DNA of 64,000 bases from the IMG/VR virus record IMGVR_UViG_3300044991_001466. One strand, written 5' to 3'. Below, piece after piece: positions 47,351-56,223 of this stretch. This DNA is from a virus (lineage: Duplodnaviria > Caudoviricetes). The stretch's first letter is position 1; every line of letters begins with the position of its first letter. Below the pieces are notes generated by a model. That model did no database searches. It saw only the letters and a program-made list of their open reading frames with translations, and had not been told where the DNA came from. A program made the translations under genes and the position numbers.

Positions 47351-47956
47351 ATGAATAATATAAAATTAGATATTAAGAAAATTGTAAGTGAGAACTTACA
47401 AAAGACAAGAAAACAACGTCTTGAAGAATCTTTTAATCACATCAAAGATATTAAAGATATTGAAACCCTATACAGTCAAATACTATATACCTCATCAAAT
47501 TTAATTGAGGAGGGATATGAAATTGGGGAAGTTGAATCCGTTGTTAATGGTTTAACCAAAGAAGGTATTATGGATAGTGCATTAGGTGGAATGGAAGACT
47601 TAAAAAATAGAGATTGGGCTGGTGACGTTAAAACAGGTTTGTGGTCTGCGGCTAAGGAATATGTTATAAAGTATTTTGTAAGTGCTTTAGGTGTGAATGA
47701 ATTTTGGAGTAAAGAACTTTCGGTAATATTTGCAAACATGTCACCAATAGAGATATTGAAGCCATTTAAAAATGCACAATATTGTACTCAGTATATGCCG
47801 AAATTAGCGGGAACAATTATTGAAGCAACTGTAGCTGGATATATGGGAAAAGACAATGCCGTAAAAAACATTACTAGAAATATATTAACCGAAGCTTTTA
47901 ATGAATCAAATATTAACCAAGTATTAGCAAACAAATTATGTAAAATAATACATTAA
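47351..47956 (+). CDS. helical protein (candidate head/ejection protein)
   Basis: co-transcribed; IVSE and RLEE sites. Confidence 0.65.
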   Translation: MNNIKLDIKKIVSENLQKTRKQRLEESFNHIKDIKDIETLYSQILYTSSNLIEEGYEIGEVESVVNGLTKEGIMDSALGGMEDLKNRDWAGDVKTGLWSAAKEYVIKYFVSALGVNEFWSKELSVIFANMSPIEILKPFKNAQYCTQYMPKLAGTIIEATVAGYMGKDNAVKNITRNILTEAFNESNINQVLANKLCKIIH

Positions 47957-47958
47957 TC

Positions 47959-48900
47959 ATGGAAAAAAAATATTATACAAAACAACAAATATTGGAAGAT
48001 AAACAACCGTTAAATGAAGAAGGTTGGTTTACATTAGAAAACACGTTAATGGCTTTAGGATTTGTTCCTGTTATTGGTGAGATTGCCGACTTTGCACTTA
48101 TTATTTATTATTTAAAAAAAGGTCAGAACTTATATGCCGCATTGATGTGTATAGCACTATTTCCCGTTGTAGGTGATTTAATTGCTAAACCATTTATTAA
48201 ATTATTAAAATTAGGTAAAGAAGGTAATTTAGCACTTAAAGGTGGTGTTGAAATGACTGAGTATCTTGCTAAAAATCCACAAATGGCGGCTAAGGCTGCT
48301 GAAATGGCAAAATACGCTACGTCACCAACCGCAGGAAAGGTTGTTGCTAGTGTCGCAAATGTCAATAAAGGTTGGGGGTTAGGTTTAAAGGGAGCTCTTG
48401 CGGAATTAGGTAGTATATTTGCTAAAGTAAAACCTGTTGGTGCAATTAGTGCTGGTGTTGGTGCTAAAGTTGCAGGGTCAACATTTAAAACAGGATTTAA
48501 AGGATATTATCAAGGTGAAAGAATTGCACAATATGCGGTTAAAAATGGTATGAAACCAGAAGGGTTTATAAAAAATTGGTATATACCATACATGTCGAGA
48601 TTGGATAGGAAAAATTCATTTAGAAAATTTATAATTGCTAATAATTTATTAGCAGTATTTGGAATACCGTCATTAACAACATTTGAAGAAAAAGTTATGA
48701 ATGATGAGAAATTTAGGGAAAAATTGGCTAATAACCCAGCAATGAGTGAATACATTGCATCAAACACAACACCCGATGTTGCGGCACAAGTAACAAACAA
48801 ACCTGCAGGTTCAGAAGGTGTTGGTGATAAAGCGGCAAATTTAGTTGGAGGTACAATAGGATTAGGAATTATTAAGAGAATTGCTTCAACTATTGTCTAA
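47959..48900 (+). CDS. pre-toxin-TG-like domain protein
   Basis: PLNEE; LGFVPVIGEIADF...GQNLYAALMCIALFPVVGD. Confidence 0.65.
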   Translation: MEKKYYTKQQILEDKQPLNEEGWFTLENTLMALGFVPVIGEIADFALIIYYLKKGQNLYAALMCIALFPVVGDLIAKPFIKLLKLGKEGNLALKGGVEMTEYLAKNPQMAAKAAEMAKYATSPTAGKVVASVANVNKGWGLGLKGALAELGSIFAKVKPVGAISAGVGAKVAGSTFKTGFKGYYQGERIAQYAVKNGMKPEGFIKNWYIPYMSRLDRKNSFRKFIIANNLLAVFGIPSLTTFEEKVMNDEKFREKLANNPAMSEYIASNTTPDVAAQVTNKPAGSEGVGDKAANLVGGTIGLGIIKRIASTIV

Positions 48901-48918
48901 AACAAGATATTTATATTC

Positions 48919-49020
48919 AGAGTTTGATTGGTTTGGTCGCCATTAAACGATAATACTTATAAACGAAAAGGAGGTGTTTTAAATCTCGACAAAGGAGCTC
49001 TAAAGGCTCTTTTGTTCGTT
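48919..49020 (+). ncRNA. candidate late-expressed structured RNA
   Basis: late promoter at 48907 with no ORF; stems AACGAA/TTCGTT, GAGGT/ATCTC, AAGGAGC/GCTCTTT. Confidence 0.45.
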
Positions 49021-49045
49021 AATAGACTTTCCATATTAAAAATAT

Positions 49046-49073
49046 AAAAAAAGGTCCTTAAAAAGGACCTTTT
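49046..49073. terminator. bidirectional terminator at the tmRNA 3' end
   Basis: AAAAGGTCCT/AGGACCTTTT. Confidence 0.8.
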
Positions 49074-49074
49074 G

Positions 49075-49468
49075 TGGAGATGACGGGACTCGAACCCGTG
49101 TCTTTCCGGTTCAACAATAAATGACTACACGTTTATTCAATTAGTTCTTAATTGACAAATAGAAGGTTAATATCAGGAAACCTACAATACTGTTCCTAAC
49201 CGGATTTTCAAGAGCCGTCAAGTTTGCTCCAACACTCTGGGGTTATGTTCCACCGAAGGGACTTCTGTTCCTAGGTTATATGTCCATCGACCCGATTGTA
49301 GTTTCGCCTTAGGCTACTGCTACGTTAGAAGTTGCAAGTAAACCTGCAATTTCCATGTTTGTGTAAACGTTTCCGTTTGAAATTTTCCACCGTAGATTTA
49401 AGTCATAGATGAAGTCTGACTACGTGCCATTTATCCCTGATACCTGAAATCAATTCCATGGCATCCCC
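49075..49468 (-). ncRNA. ssrA: tmRNA; tag ORF 49374-49309 = GNVYTNMEIAGLLATSNVAVA*
   Basis: 5' GGGGATG pairs with 3' CATCTCC-A (G3-U70), T-arm GGTTCGAGTCC, tag frame; -7 promoter at 49482. Confidence 0.92.
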
Positions 49469-49548
49469 AAATGGTATTTAACAAAAATAGATAAAAAAGG
49501 GTTAAAAAACTAATTTTAACCCTGAATAAATCTATGTAAAGAAAAAAA

Positions 49549-49749
49549 TTACTTAGTAGTAGTTTTCTTTGGTGCCTTTTGAGTTGCGTCTTTTACTTTT
49601 TTAACCTTAGCTTTAACTTCAGTTACAACCGCTTTAACAACTTCAACTTCTTTAACAACCTCACTTTCTAATTGTTGTAATTGTACTGCTTTCTCAGCTG
49701 TAGTTCCACTACTCAAAAGTTTCTTAATCAAATCAATAATTTTTTTCAT
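49549..49749 (-). CDS. small Lys/Val-rich late protein (start moved to 49749)
   Basis: MKKIIDLIKKLL; ATATTTATT at 49767. Confidence 0.65.
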   Translation of the reverse strand: MKKIIDLIKKLLSSGTTAEKAVQLQQLESEVVKEVEVVKAVVTEVKAKVKKVKDATQKAPKKTTTK

Positions 49750-49795
49750 AAAAGTTTTTTTATAATAATAAATATATACAAATTTGGTTAAATTA

Positions 49796-50485
49796 TCAAG
49801 AGGTAAGTGGGAGATTTTTATCAAATAATGCCTCAAAGTATAATTTATTCTTTTCCCACTTCTTATTTGTCATTCCGATTGAAAGGTGAGTTACCCCAAA
49901 TTTGGTTGTTAACCCAATTTTAACCCCCTCTAAAAAATTCTCAACACAGAAGGGAATGTCATAAAAATGAAACCCTTCAAATTGTTCGTTAAATTCCTTC
50001 TTTATACGTCCCTTATGAACCGCAAAGAATAAACCGTCTACTATTACCACATCCTTAAGAACGTCGTTGTATGACCCCTTAGAATACTTGTTAACGTGTC
50101 GTTTACCTTCATGTATATGACCAACAACACCAAACATATTTTCCCTATTCTCCCACCAACATCCACTTGTTAATTTATCGGTTCCTGCAATGCCAATTAT
50201 ACCATATTCGGAATGCTTTTCAAACATTTTCACAACCTTAGGAGTCATATTTGGAGTTTCTAAAATAAGATCGTCGTGCATAAACACGACTATATCATTT
50301 TCAGATTCCTTTAGACCAATATTATAAATTTGAGTTAACGATTTTTCACCATCATTCTCATAAATAAGAATTTGAGTTTTTGGGTGTGAAAACATCTTTT
50401 TAACGTGATTAACGTAAGTCTCATCTATTTTACGTGTTGATATAACAACACTCACTATTTCATTATTCTTCGACATAGGTTGCAA
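49796..50485 (-). CDS. GT-A glycosyltransferase (GT2-like)
   Basis: YNIGL...IVVFMHDDL, IVDGLFF, FHFYDI. Confidence 0.8.
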   Translation of the reverse strand: MQPMSKNNEIVSVVISTRKIDETYVNHVKKMFSHPKTQILIYENDGEKSLTQIYNIGLKESENDIVVFMHDDLILETPNMTPKVVKMFEKHSEYGIIGIAGTDKLTSGCWWENRENMFGVVGHIHEGKRHVNKYSKGSYNDVLKDVVIVDGLFFAVHKGRIKKEFNEQFEGFHFYDIPFCVENFLEGVKIGLTTKFGVTHLSIGMTNKKWEKNKLYFEALFDKNLPLTS

Positions 50486-51215
50486 TTATTTTACCTTCAA
50501 CTTCTTCTAAGTCAACTATGATTGGTTTATTTGATGGTTCATATCTTTCCGTACAAATTGATGCATTAACATAAAGAGTTTCTCTATTATAAACCGCACC
50601 ATAAGCTCCGTGGATATGTCCAAATACATGTAATAATGGTTTTAATCTATTTTCTAATTGATGTCTTAATAATTCACAACCCACGTTCATATCCCCTTGT
50701 CTCCAATTACTTACAAAATCTCTAATCTCATTTGGTGGTCCGTGTGTAATTAGTACATCAGTATCATCAGGAATCATATCCCATTTAGTTTTAAGTTCAT
50801 CACCCATTCTTGGTAAGTTAAAAGCCCAATCATAAAAATTTGGTTGCCAAGGACTTCCGTAGATTTTAATTGGTCTTGAGAATTCAGGACTATTTATTAC
50901 AATAAATTCATCCTGTAAGTAAAATACATTCGATTCTACTAAATTATCAAAACTCATTAAATCATTTAACCAATCATAATCACCTCTATGATGAGGTTCA
51001 TCGACTTTTTCAAAACAAAAATCGTGATTACCTGCAATGAATATTTTATATTGAAAATCATCAATATTTTGAAACCAATGTACAAAATTGGTAACATCTT
51101 TCTCACCTCCTTTATTTGAAATGTCCCCTGAATGTATCAACACATCACCTTTGGGGATTGGGTGGGACATTAGGTCCTGAAGACTATGCGTGTCTGATAA
51201 GCAGATTATTCTCAT
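50463..51215 (-). CDS. calcineurin-like metallophosphoesterase
   Basis: LSDTH, HSGD, AGNHD, ITHGPP, FGHIH. Confidence 0.9.
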   Translation of the reverse strand: MRIICLSDTHSLQDLMSHPIPKGDVLIHSGDISNKGGEKDVTNFVHWFQNIDDFQYKIFIAGNHDFCFEKVDEPHHRGDYDWLNDLMSFDNLVESNVFYLQDEFIVINSPEFSRPIKIYGSPWQPNFYDWAFNLPRMGDELKTKWDMIPDDTDVLITHGPPNEIRDFVSNWRQGDMNVGCELLRHQLENRLKPLLHVFGHIHGAYGAVYNRETLYVNASICTERYEPSNKPIIVDLEEVEGKIIATYVEE

Positions 51216-51255
51216 AAAACAAATATAAGAAATTAAACGTGAAATATCAAATTAC

Positions 51256-51846
51256 TTAAGGGGTTACTTCAAAAACTAAATTTACCCTAACTTTATTTGA
51301 TGCATTAATGAAGGTATGTAGGGAATTTCCAATCGAATAGACTGAACCTGATTTTAAATTATGAATAGAATTTAATTCACTATCATTTAAAAAAAACTCA
51401 TTAAACTCATCAAAATTTTCAGGGAAATCTTTTCTCATTTTATTATAGATTTCACCTTTTTCATGTAGTTTTTGTTCAAGTAAACATTCATAATTATAAA
51501 ACTTAACGTCATCATTTAATGGTAAAATATACCTGTTTAATCCTCTATCAATGTGAAAATTAATCTCACCCTTTTGTGCGTACTCTAAATAAAATAAGAT
51601 GTTAATATTAAATAATTTTTTTAAACTATCAATAAAGTTAGTTAAATCATCTTTTACTCGATAACTAATTTCATGAATAGAATCTAAACTATATACTTTC
51701 TTAAAATTTGGGTCTCTATTATAAATGATGTAATTAACATTATGATTTAAAAAATGTTTTAAGTGAAAAGAATCGGAATTATAAAAATCAATGACTTTTG
51801 TCAAATAAACATCATCTATTTCCGTTATCTTTTTTAATCCTTCCAT
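51256..51846 (-). CDS. 2OG-Fe(II) oxygenase-like (Asp/Asn hydroxylase-type)
   Basis: HID (HxD), RYILPL, distal H in LHTFIN...RVNLV. Confidence 0.6.
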   Translation of the reverse strand: MEGLKKITEIDDVYLTKVIDFYNSDSFHLKHFLNHNVNYIIYNRDPNFKKVYSLDSIHEISYRVKDDLTNFIDSLKKLFNINILFYLEYAQKGEINFHIDRGLNRYILPLNDDVKFYNYECLLEQKLHEKGEIYNKMRKDFPENFDEFNEFFLNDSELNSIHNLKSGSVYSIGNSLHTFINASNKVRVNLVFEVTP

Positions 51847-51863
51847 TTATATAATTATATGGC

Positions 51864-51899
51864 AAAAAAAAAAGTCAGAATTTCTTCTGACTGGTTTTT
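51864..51899 (-). terminator. terminator of the large-RNA transcript
   Basis: AGTCAGAA/TTCTGACT plus T10 on the minus strand. Confidence 0.8.
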
Positions 51900-51963
51900 C
51901 TTTAGGCCGAACGGTTTTAAAACGTTCCGATTCCACCACTTTGTTTTACTAAACAAAGAAAAT

Positions 51964-52815
51964 AAAACACTGAGAATACATGTCTTAATGAGAATCTTTT
52001 AAACGGATTATTGTTTCCCGTTTGTTTCCACTACCTTTTGAGTAGTAACCCTCAGCGGCGGTCAATTAGATTAACCAATCCTAAAGTCATCAGATACTCT
52101 TTTAATACTCATTACTCTTCGAGATTGCCATCCCAATTAAACCTTATGAGTTTAGAGAACTTTTTTAAAAATCATATTGGGATTGAGTCCCTTTATGGCC
52201 GTGAACCCCTCACGACTAAGTAGCCACCTGTCTCCAATGACTGACGAACACTTTTTCTTTTATTTTTTTAGTTTTCACCATTGAAAGTAAAAGTTTGGTT
52301 TGCAGATTAGGAAAGTAGCGGTTCGTCGACCAGCCAAGCCACCTTTTGAGCGACTCGATACTAAACTACTCTCTAAGACATCCCTGCCTTCATATTTTTG
52401 GTTTCCTTCAGAATTAAACCCTTGGTAGAGTTTAATTAAGGATGATAACAGCACCACCTGTTTTCCACCATACCTTTCGGTTTTAAAGATACCATTATAT
52501 TGAACAACACAATTATAAGGTTGGAGACCTTATTTCTTGTAATAGTTCTACAAGTTATTCTTATTGTTCTTCCGAACTCAGTCAAACGACCTGCATCGCT
52601 TGACCACCAAACCACTTTCCCTACAGTGTTACCCTCAGTACTTAAGGTTCGATGATACCTTGCTTGCCTACTCGAGTTCTATTTCTAAAACCGCAATCTC
52701 ATTCAACCAAATGAAATTACTTTATCCCACTTTCATGGTTTATTTTGTTGACCATAGGCGGCCAATATTTTTAATTCAAAGAACTTTTTCTTTCGATAAA
52801 ACCACCTTTGTGATT
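51964..52815 (-). ncRNA. large ornate RNA, GOLLD-like (boundaries approximate)
   Basis: ~850 nt without credible CDS between a -7 promoter (52823) and a terminator; many stems; twice CTCAAAAGG; 3' hairpin AAGACAT-GTATTCTCA-GTGTTTT resembling my recollection of the GOLLD 3' end. Confidence 0.62.
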
Positions 52816-52854
52816 TCTTTTACAAATATACAACTTATATTTGGTAATAAAAAA

Positions 52855-53088
52855 TTATTTAGAAACTTTTTTATTATTTTTTTTCTTTTCAACCTTAACT
52901 TCGTAAGTTCCACCCATATCGTGTTGAGTTTCAACAACTTGTGTTTTTTTATTACCCTTCCAATCTGATTTAGGGATAAATTTCCAAACACCGCTAGCCA
53001 CTTTTTGGTCTGCATCAATATCGTCAGTTCTACGAATTTCTCCTAATGTATAGGATTTTGTTTCTTTAATTGCTTTAATACATTTCAT
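52855..53088 (-). CDS. small basic hypothetical protein
   Basis: clean ORF, KFIPKSDWK. Confidence 0.65.
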   Translation of the reverse strand: MKCIKAIKETKSYTLGEIRRTDDIDADQKVASGVWKFIPKSDWKGNKKTQVVETQHDMGGTYEVKVEKKKNNKKVSK

Positions 53089-53141
53089 ATGTCCATGTTT
53101 TAATTATAATAAAATATACAAAAAAATATTGATAAAAAAAA

Positions 53142-53495
53142 CTATTTCCAAAATAATGATATAACAATTATTGTAAATGCCAATAATAATTGTGTAACAG
53201 TTTTCATAGTAAAAGGTTGATCAAAATGATAAGGATATAACACCGCTGCGATAATAATTCCAGTCACAAAAAATAAAAATCGATTACTCCACATTTCACC
53301 ATTGAAAGCTTTTACCCCATAATGTGACGCCATTATCCATAAAAAAGTACATACAATAGAAATTAAATATGGCCAAGGTGTTTTAACCCAATTAGGTAAT
53401 TTAAATTGCCAATACATAATATACCAATGTCCAATGGAACCCAATAGAAATAATAGTATTGAGTATAAAAGATTTATTAATTGTGACTTAATCAT
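53142..53495 (-). CDS. four-TM small membrane protein
   Basis: four hydrophobic segments. Confidence 0.7.
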   Translation of the reverse strand: MIKSQLINLLYSILLFLLGSIGHWYIMYWQFKLPNWVKTPWPYLISIVCTFLWIMASHYGVKAFNGEMWSNRFLFFVTGIIIAAVLYPYHFDQPFTMKTVTQLLLAFTIIVISLFWK

Positions 53496-54265
53496 GTTAA
53501 TTTAATATTTGTGTCATATCCGTAATATTCCAATTCAGGTAAAAAATATTTATATAGTTGTTTCATGTTGTTTAAAGTGGCTTCTTCAGAATAATCCCAC
53601 CTCAAATGATGTTTTTGATTGAAATATACTTTATAATATGAATATAACATTATAAAATCGAATGTTAATTCTTTATCAAAAAAACTTAAAAAATCAAAAC
53701 TTTTAAGTAACGAATCAACATTTTGTGTGGTGTAATCTAATTTAGAATCATATAATACACCATTATTAACATTGTATTTATTTGCTAAATCCTCAATTCT
53801 GTAAAAATTAAACGTTGAGTGTTTAAATTTCTTTGCAAAATCAGATTCTAAATTTTTATACTTGGTAAATTCGTATCCATTAGTAAATTCTTCTAATAGA
53901 TATGTTGATTGTGGTAGGAAATGTGGGTCACCATAACTTTTAATAAAATTAGGATATTCCTTAACAAAGGTATCTAACGAGTTTATGTTCAATTCAGATA
54001 CCAAATTCCTTAACTTATCGTTTTCACGATTTTCTTCATCATATTTTAATCTATTTTGTAACCAACTATAACATGAAAAAAATCTATCGACTGGATTTCT
54101 AACAAAAATATTACAACATTCTTGAATACCGCTTAAATCTTCTCTAATAAAATGATTTATATCATGTATCCTAAATAAATGAGATAATGTCGTCCCAATT
54201 AAATTTTTTCCTGATTTAAATGGGATAATATACGAAACGGAACAATCCGGTAGACTTAAAACCAT
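53492..54265 (-). CDS. sulfotransferase family 2-like
   Basis: KSGKNL (5'-PSB-like), FVRNPVDRFFSCY (3'-PB), DPHFLPQ. Confidence 0.7.
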   Translation of the reverse strand: MVLSLPDCSVSYIIPFKSGKNLIGTTLSHLFRIHDINHFIREDLSGIQECCNIFVRNPVDRFFSCYSWLQNRLKYDEENRENDKLRNLVSELNINSLDTFVKEYPNFIKSYGDPHFLPQSTYLLEEFTNGYEFTKYKNLESDFAKKFKHSTFNFYRIEDLANKYNVNNGVLYDSKLDYTTQNVDSLLKSFDFLSFFDKELTFDFIMLYSYYKVYFNQKHHLRWDYSEEATLNNMKQLYKYFLPELEYYGYDTNIKLT

Positions 54266-54301
54266 ATAAACTAATATACAAAAATTTTGTGATAATACAA
54301 A

Positions 54302-54646
54302 TTATTTAATAAATTCAGAAAAACAAACCGCTTTGTCGTCAATTAAATAATCATAGTGTAATTTACCCATTATTAAACCGTGGTGTTTAATCCCCCACTC
54401 TTCCAAACTATTTAATGTTAAAACATACAAAGAATTGTAAACCTTAACTAAATCACCATTAAATTGACCCATACCTCTTGCGGTATAAATGTAAATGGTG
54501 TTACCTTCATCGTAAAGTTTATTTAATTTTTCAATCATTGCTGGAATGGGATGACAATGTTTGTATTTGTCAGGACCTAAATGTTCAACTCCTTCTTCTC
54601 TTGTACATAACGTATCATCCAAATCAAACGCGTAAATTTTAGACAT
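54302..54646 (-). CDS. HAD-family capsule-biosynthesis phosphatase (EcbF-like)
   Basis: FDLDDTL, IYTARG, GK...YLIDDKA. Confidence 0.85.
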   Translation of the reverse strand: MSKIYAFDLDDTLCTREEGVEHLGPDKYKHCHPIPAMIEKLNKLYDEGNTIYIYTARGMGQFNGDLVKVYNSLYVLTLNSLEEWGIKHHGLIMGKLHYDYLIDDKAVCFSEFIK

Positions 54647-55601
54647 AACTTAACAATTCATTTAACTTATTCATTATCATAGATTTAACTTCAGTTGTTA
54701 TTTTAATATCACTTGCAATAGAATTAGGTAAGTTATCAAAATTATAGTGACCACAAACCATTATTAACTTTTTCTTATCTAAAATATCAAAATCATCGTT
54801 AACCCATTTTTTCCATTTTTCAGATTTAAAACATTTTAAATAAAAATTATCAATTTCAGATTGATTCATGTGTTTTAAATAAATTTCAGTTTCAATTTGT
54901 GCAATTTCAGGACCAATATTAATAGAACTTAAACCACTATCAAACCTAATTCGAAAATCGGTTTCTTTTAAGTAATCACCATTATGTTCTTTTGTTTGTT
55001 TACCAAAAAAAGTAGATAATGTAATCATTTGTTTTAGTTTATCAATATTAAAAATACCGGTGTTTATTTGGTTAACTAAATCGAGACCAACTCCTGATTG
55101 AACACACACATAAGTTATGTTCTTAAACATTTCGGGAGTTAATCGAATATGTAATTCGTCAATGTATCTGTCTAATTCATCTATTGAGAATGGACGAATT
55201 GCCTCTTCGGTACCCACCTCAAATTTAATGCTTTTATTATGTTGGTGGATGTATTCAATATTTTTTATTGTTTCGTTTATCCCATCAAATAATAATTTAT
55301 GTTTCATCCATGGGTCTAAATGGATTAAATCAAAATATTCCAAATCTTCCTCAAATGATACATATTCATCACCATCTTTTTTTCCTTGTTTACCCCCCGA
55401 ATGATCTCTTTGAATTATTATGTTAGATTTTGTTTTTACATAATCGGTAAAACTTTTAGTATTCCATTCATTAACATATCCACCATCGTAATCAATTTGG
55501 CGACGACTTGGTAGTAGTCCTAATTTTTCTGAATTAATCTCTATAACCGAATCAACAATGTTTTTAGACATTGGGCATATGAAGAATTTAACTTTAGACA
55601 T
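54639..55601 (-). CDS. TIM-barrel tagatose aldolase/epimerase-like (GatZ/KbaZ-related)
   Basis: QRDHSG, IHLDPW, FEVGTEE, KEHNGDY, NIGPE. Confidence 0.6.
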   Translation of the reverse strand: MSKVKFFICPMSKNIVDSVIEINSEKLGLLPSRRQIDYDGGYVNEWNTKSFTDYVKTKSNIIIQRDHSGGKQGKKDGDEYVSFEEDLEYFDLIHLDPWMKHKLLFDGINETIKNIEYIHQHNKSIKFEVGTEEAIRPFSIDELDRYIDELHIRLTPEMFKNITYVCVQSGVGLDLVNQINTGIFNIDKLKQMITLSTFFGKQTKEHNGDYLKETDFRIRFDSGLSSINIGPEIAQIETEIYLKHMNQSEIDNFYLKCFKSEKWKKWVNDDFDILDKKKLIMVCGHYNFDNLPNSIASDIKITTEVKSMIMNKLNELLSYV

Positions 55602-56223
55602 AATCTTTTCCTGTGTATAATTTAAACTGTTCCAAAGCTTGGAGTTTGAATATTTCCTTACCAGTCTTTGTAAATGGTCTACCGTCGATTATTGTATTTC
55701 TTTTTGATTTGATGTCTGCTGGCGTTGCATTAATGAAATATTGATTAACAACCTCATCTATATGTTCAACATCTTCTCTATTATATATGACATATCCTAT
55801 TTTCAATAAATCAAATGCATATTGAATTGATTTACTAAACCCACCGTTACCTATTATACTCACAAATTTTAAATTTTTATCTTTAAAATATTCATATGCA
55901 CCAATGTAATCCGTGTTATATCCCCACAATAAACTATCTTTAATTAAAACGGTATTTGCAGCACCAATAGATTTAACCGATTCGGAAATGACATCAAGAT
56001 ATGGTACAACTTCAATTTTTAACGGCATACTTAATGCAAAACCTGAAAAATTAAGATGTTTAACCGAACCTATTGTTTTTTTAATATCAGTGGAATAAAA
56101 TGATTTATAGATTGCATCAATTTTATGTTTCTTAAATCCTTTATTAAAAAATATACAACCATTATTACCTGGTTTATCAGAAAACGAACCGTATAATTGA
56201 GTATCTTTATTTATCATAGTCAT
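55594..56223 (-). CDS. shikimate-dehydrogenase (AroE)-like oxidoreductase
   Basis: SMPLK, IGAANTV, GYNTD, IIGNGG, INATP. Confidence 0.8.
   Translation of the reverse strand: MTMINKDTQLYGSFSDKPGNNGCIFFNKGFKKHKIDAIYKSFYSTDIKKTIGSVKHLNFSGFALSMPLKIEVVPYLDVISESVKSIGAANTVLIKDSLLWGYNTDYIGAYEYFKDKNLKFVSIIGNGGFSKSIQYAFDLLKIGYVIYNREDVEHIDEVVNQYFINATPADIKSKRNTIIDGRPFTKTGKEIFKLQALEQFKLYTGKDYV

Noticed and set aside
48919-48976. 16S rRNA fragment (AGAGTTTGAT and AAGGAGGTG)
   Set aside because: Only 9-10 nt matches, on inconsistent strands for an rRNA gene; no rRNA body.
51901-51945. tRNA-Leu-like GTGGTGGAATCGG
   Set aside because: No T arm or acceptor stem; treated as 3' hairpins of the large RNA transcript.
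52011-53018. ORFs 52011, 52275, 52564 and 52776
   Set aside because: Overlap the structured RNA, lack motifs and start context.
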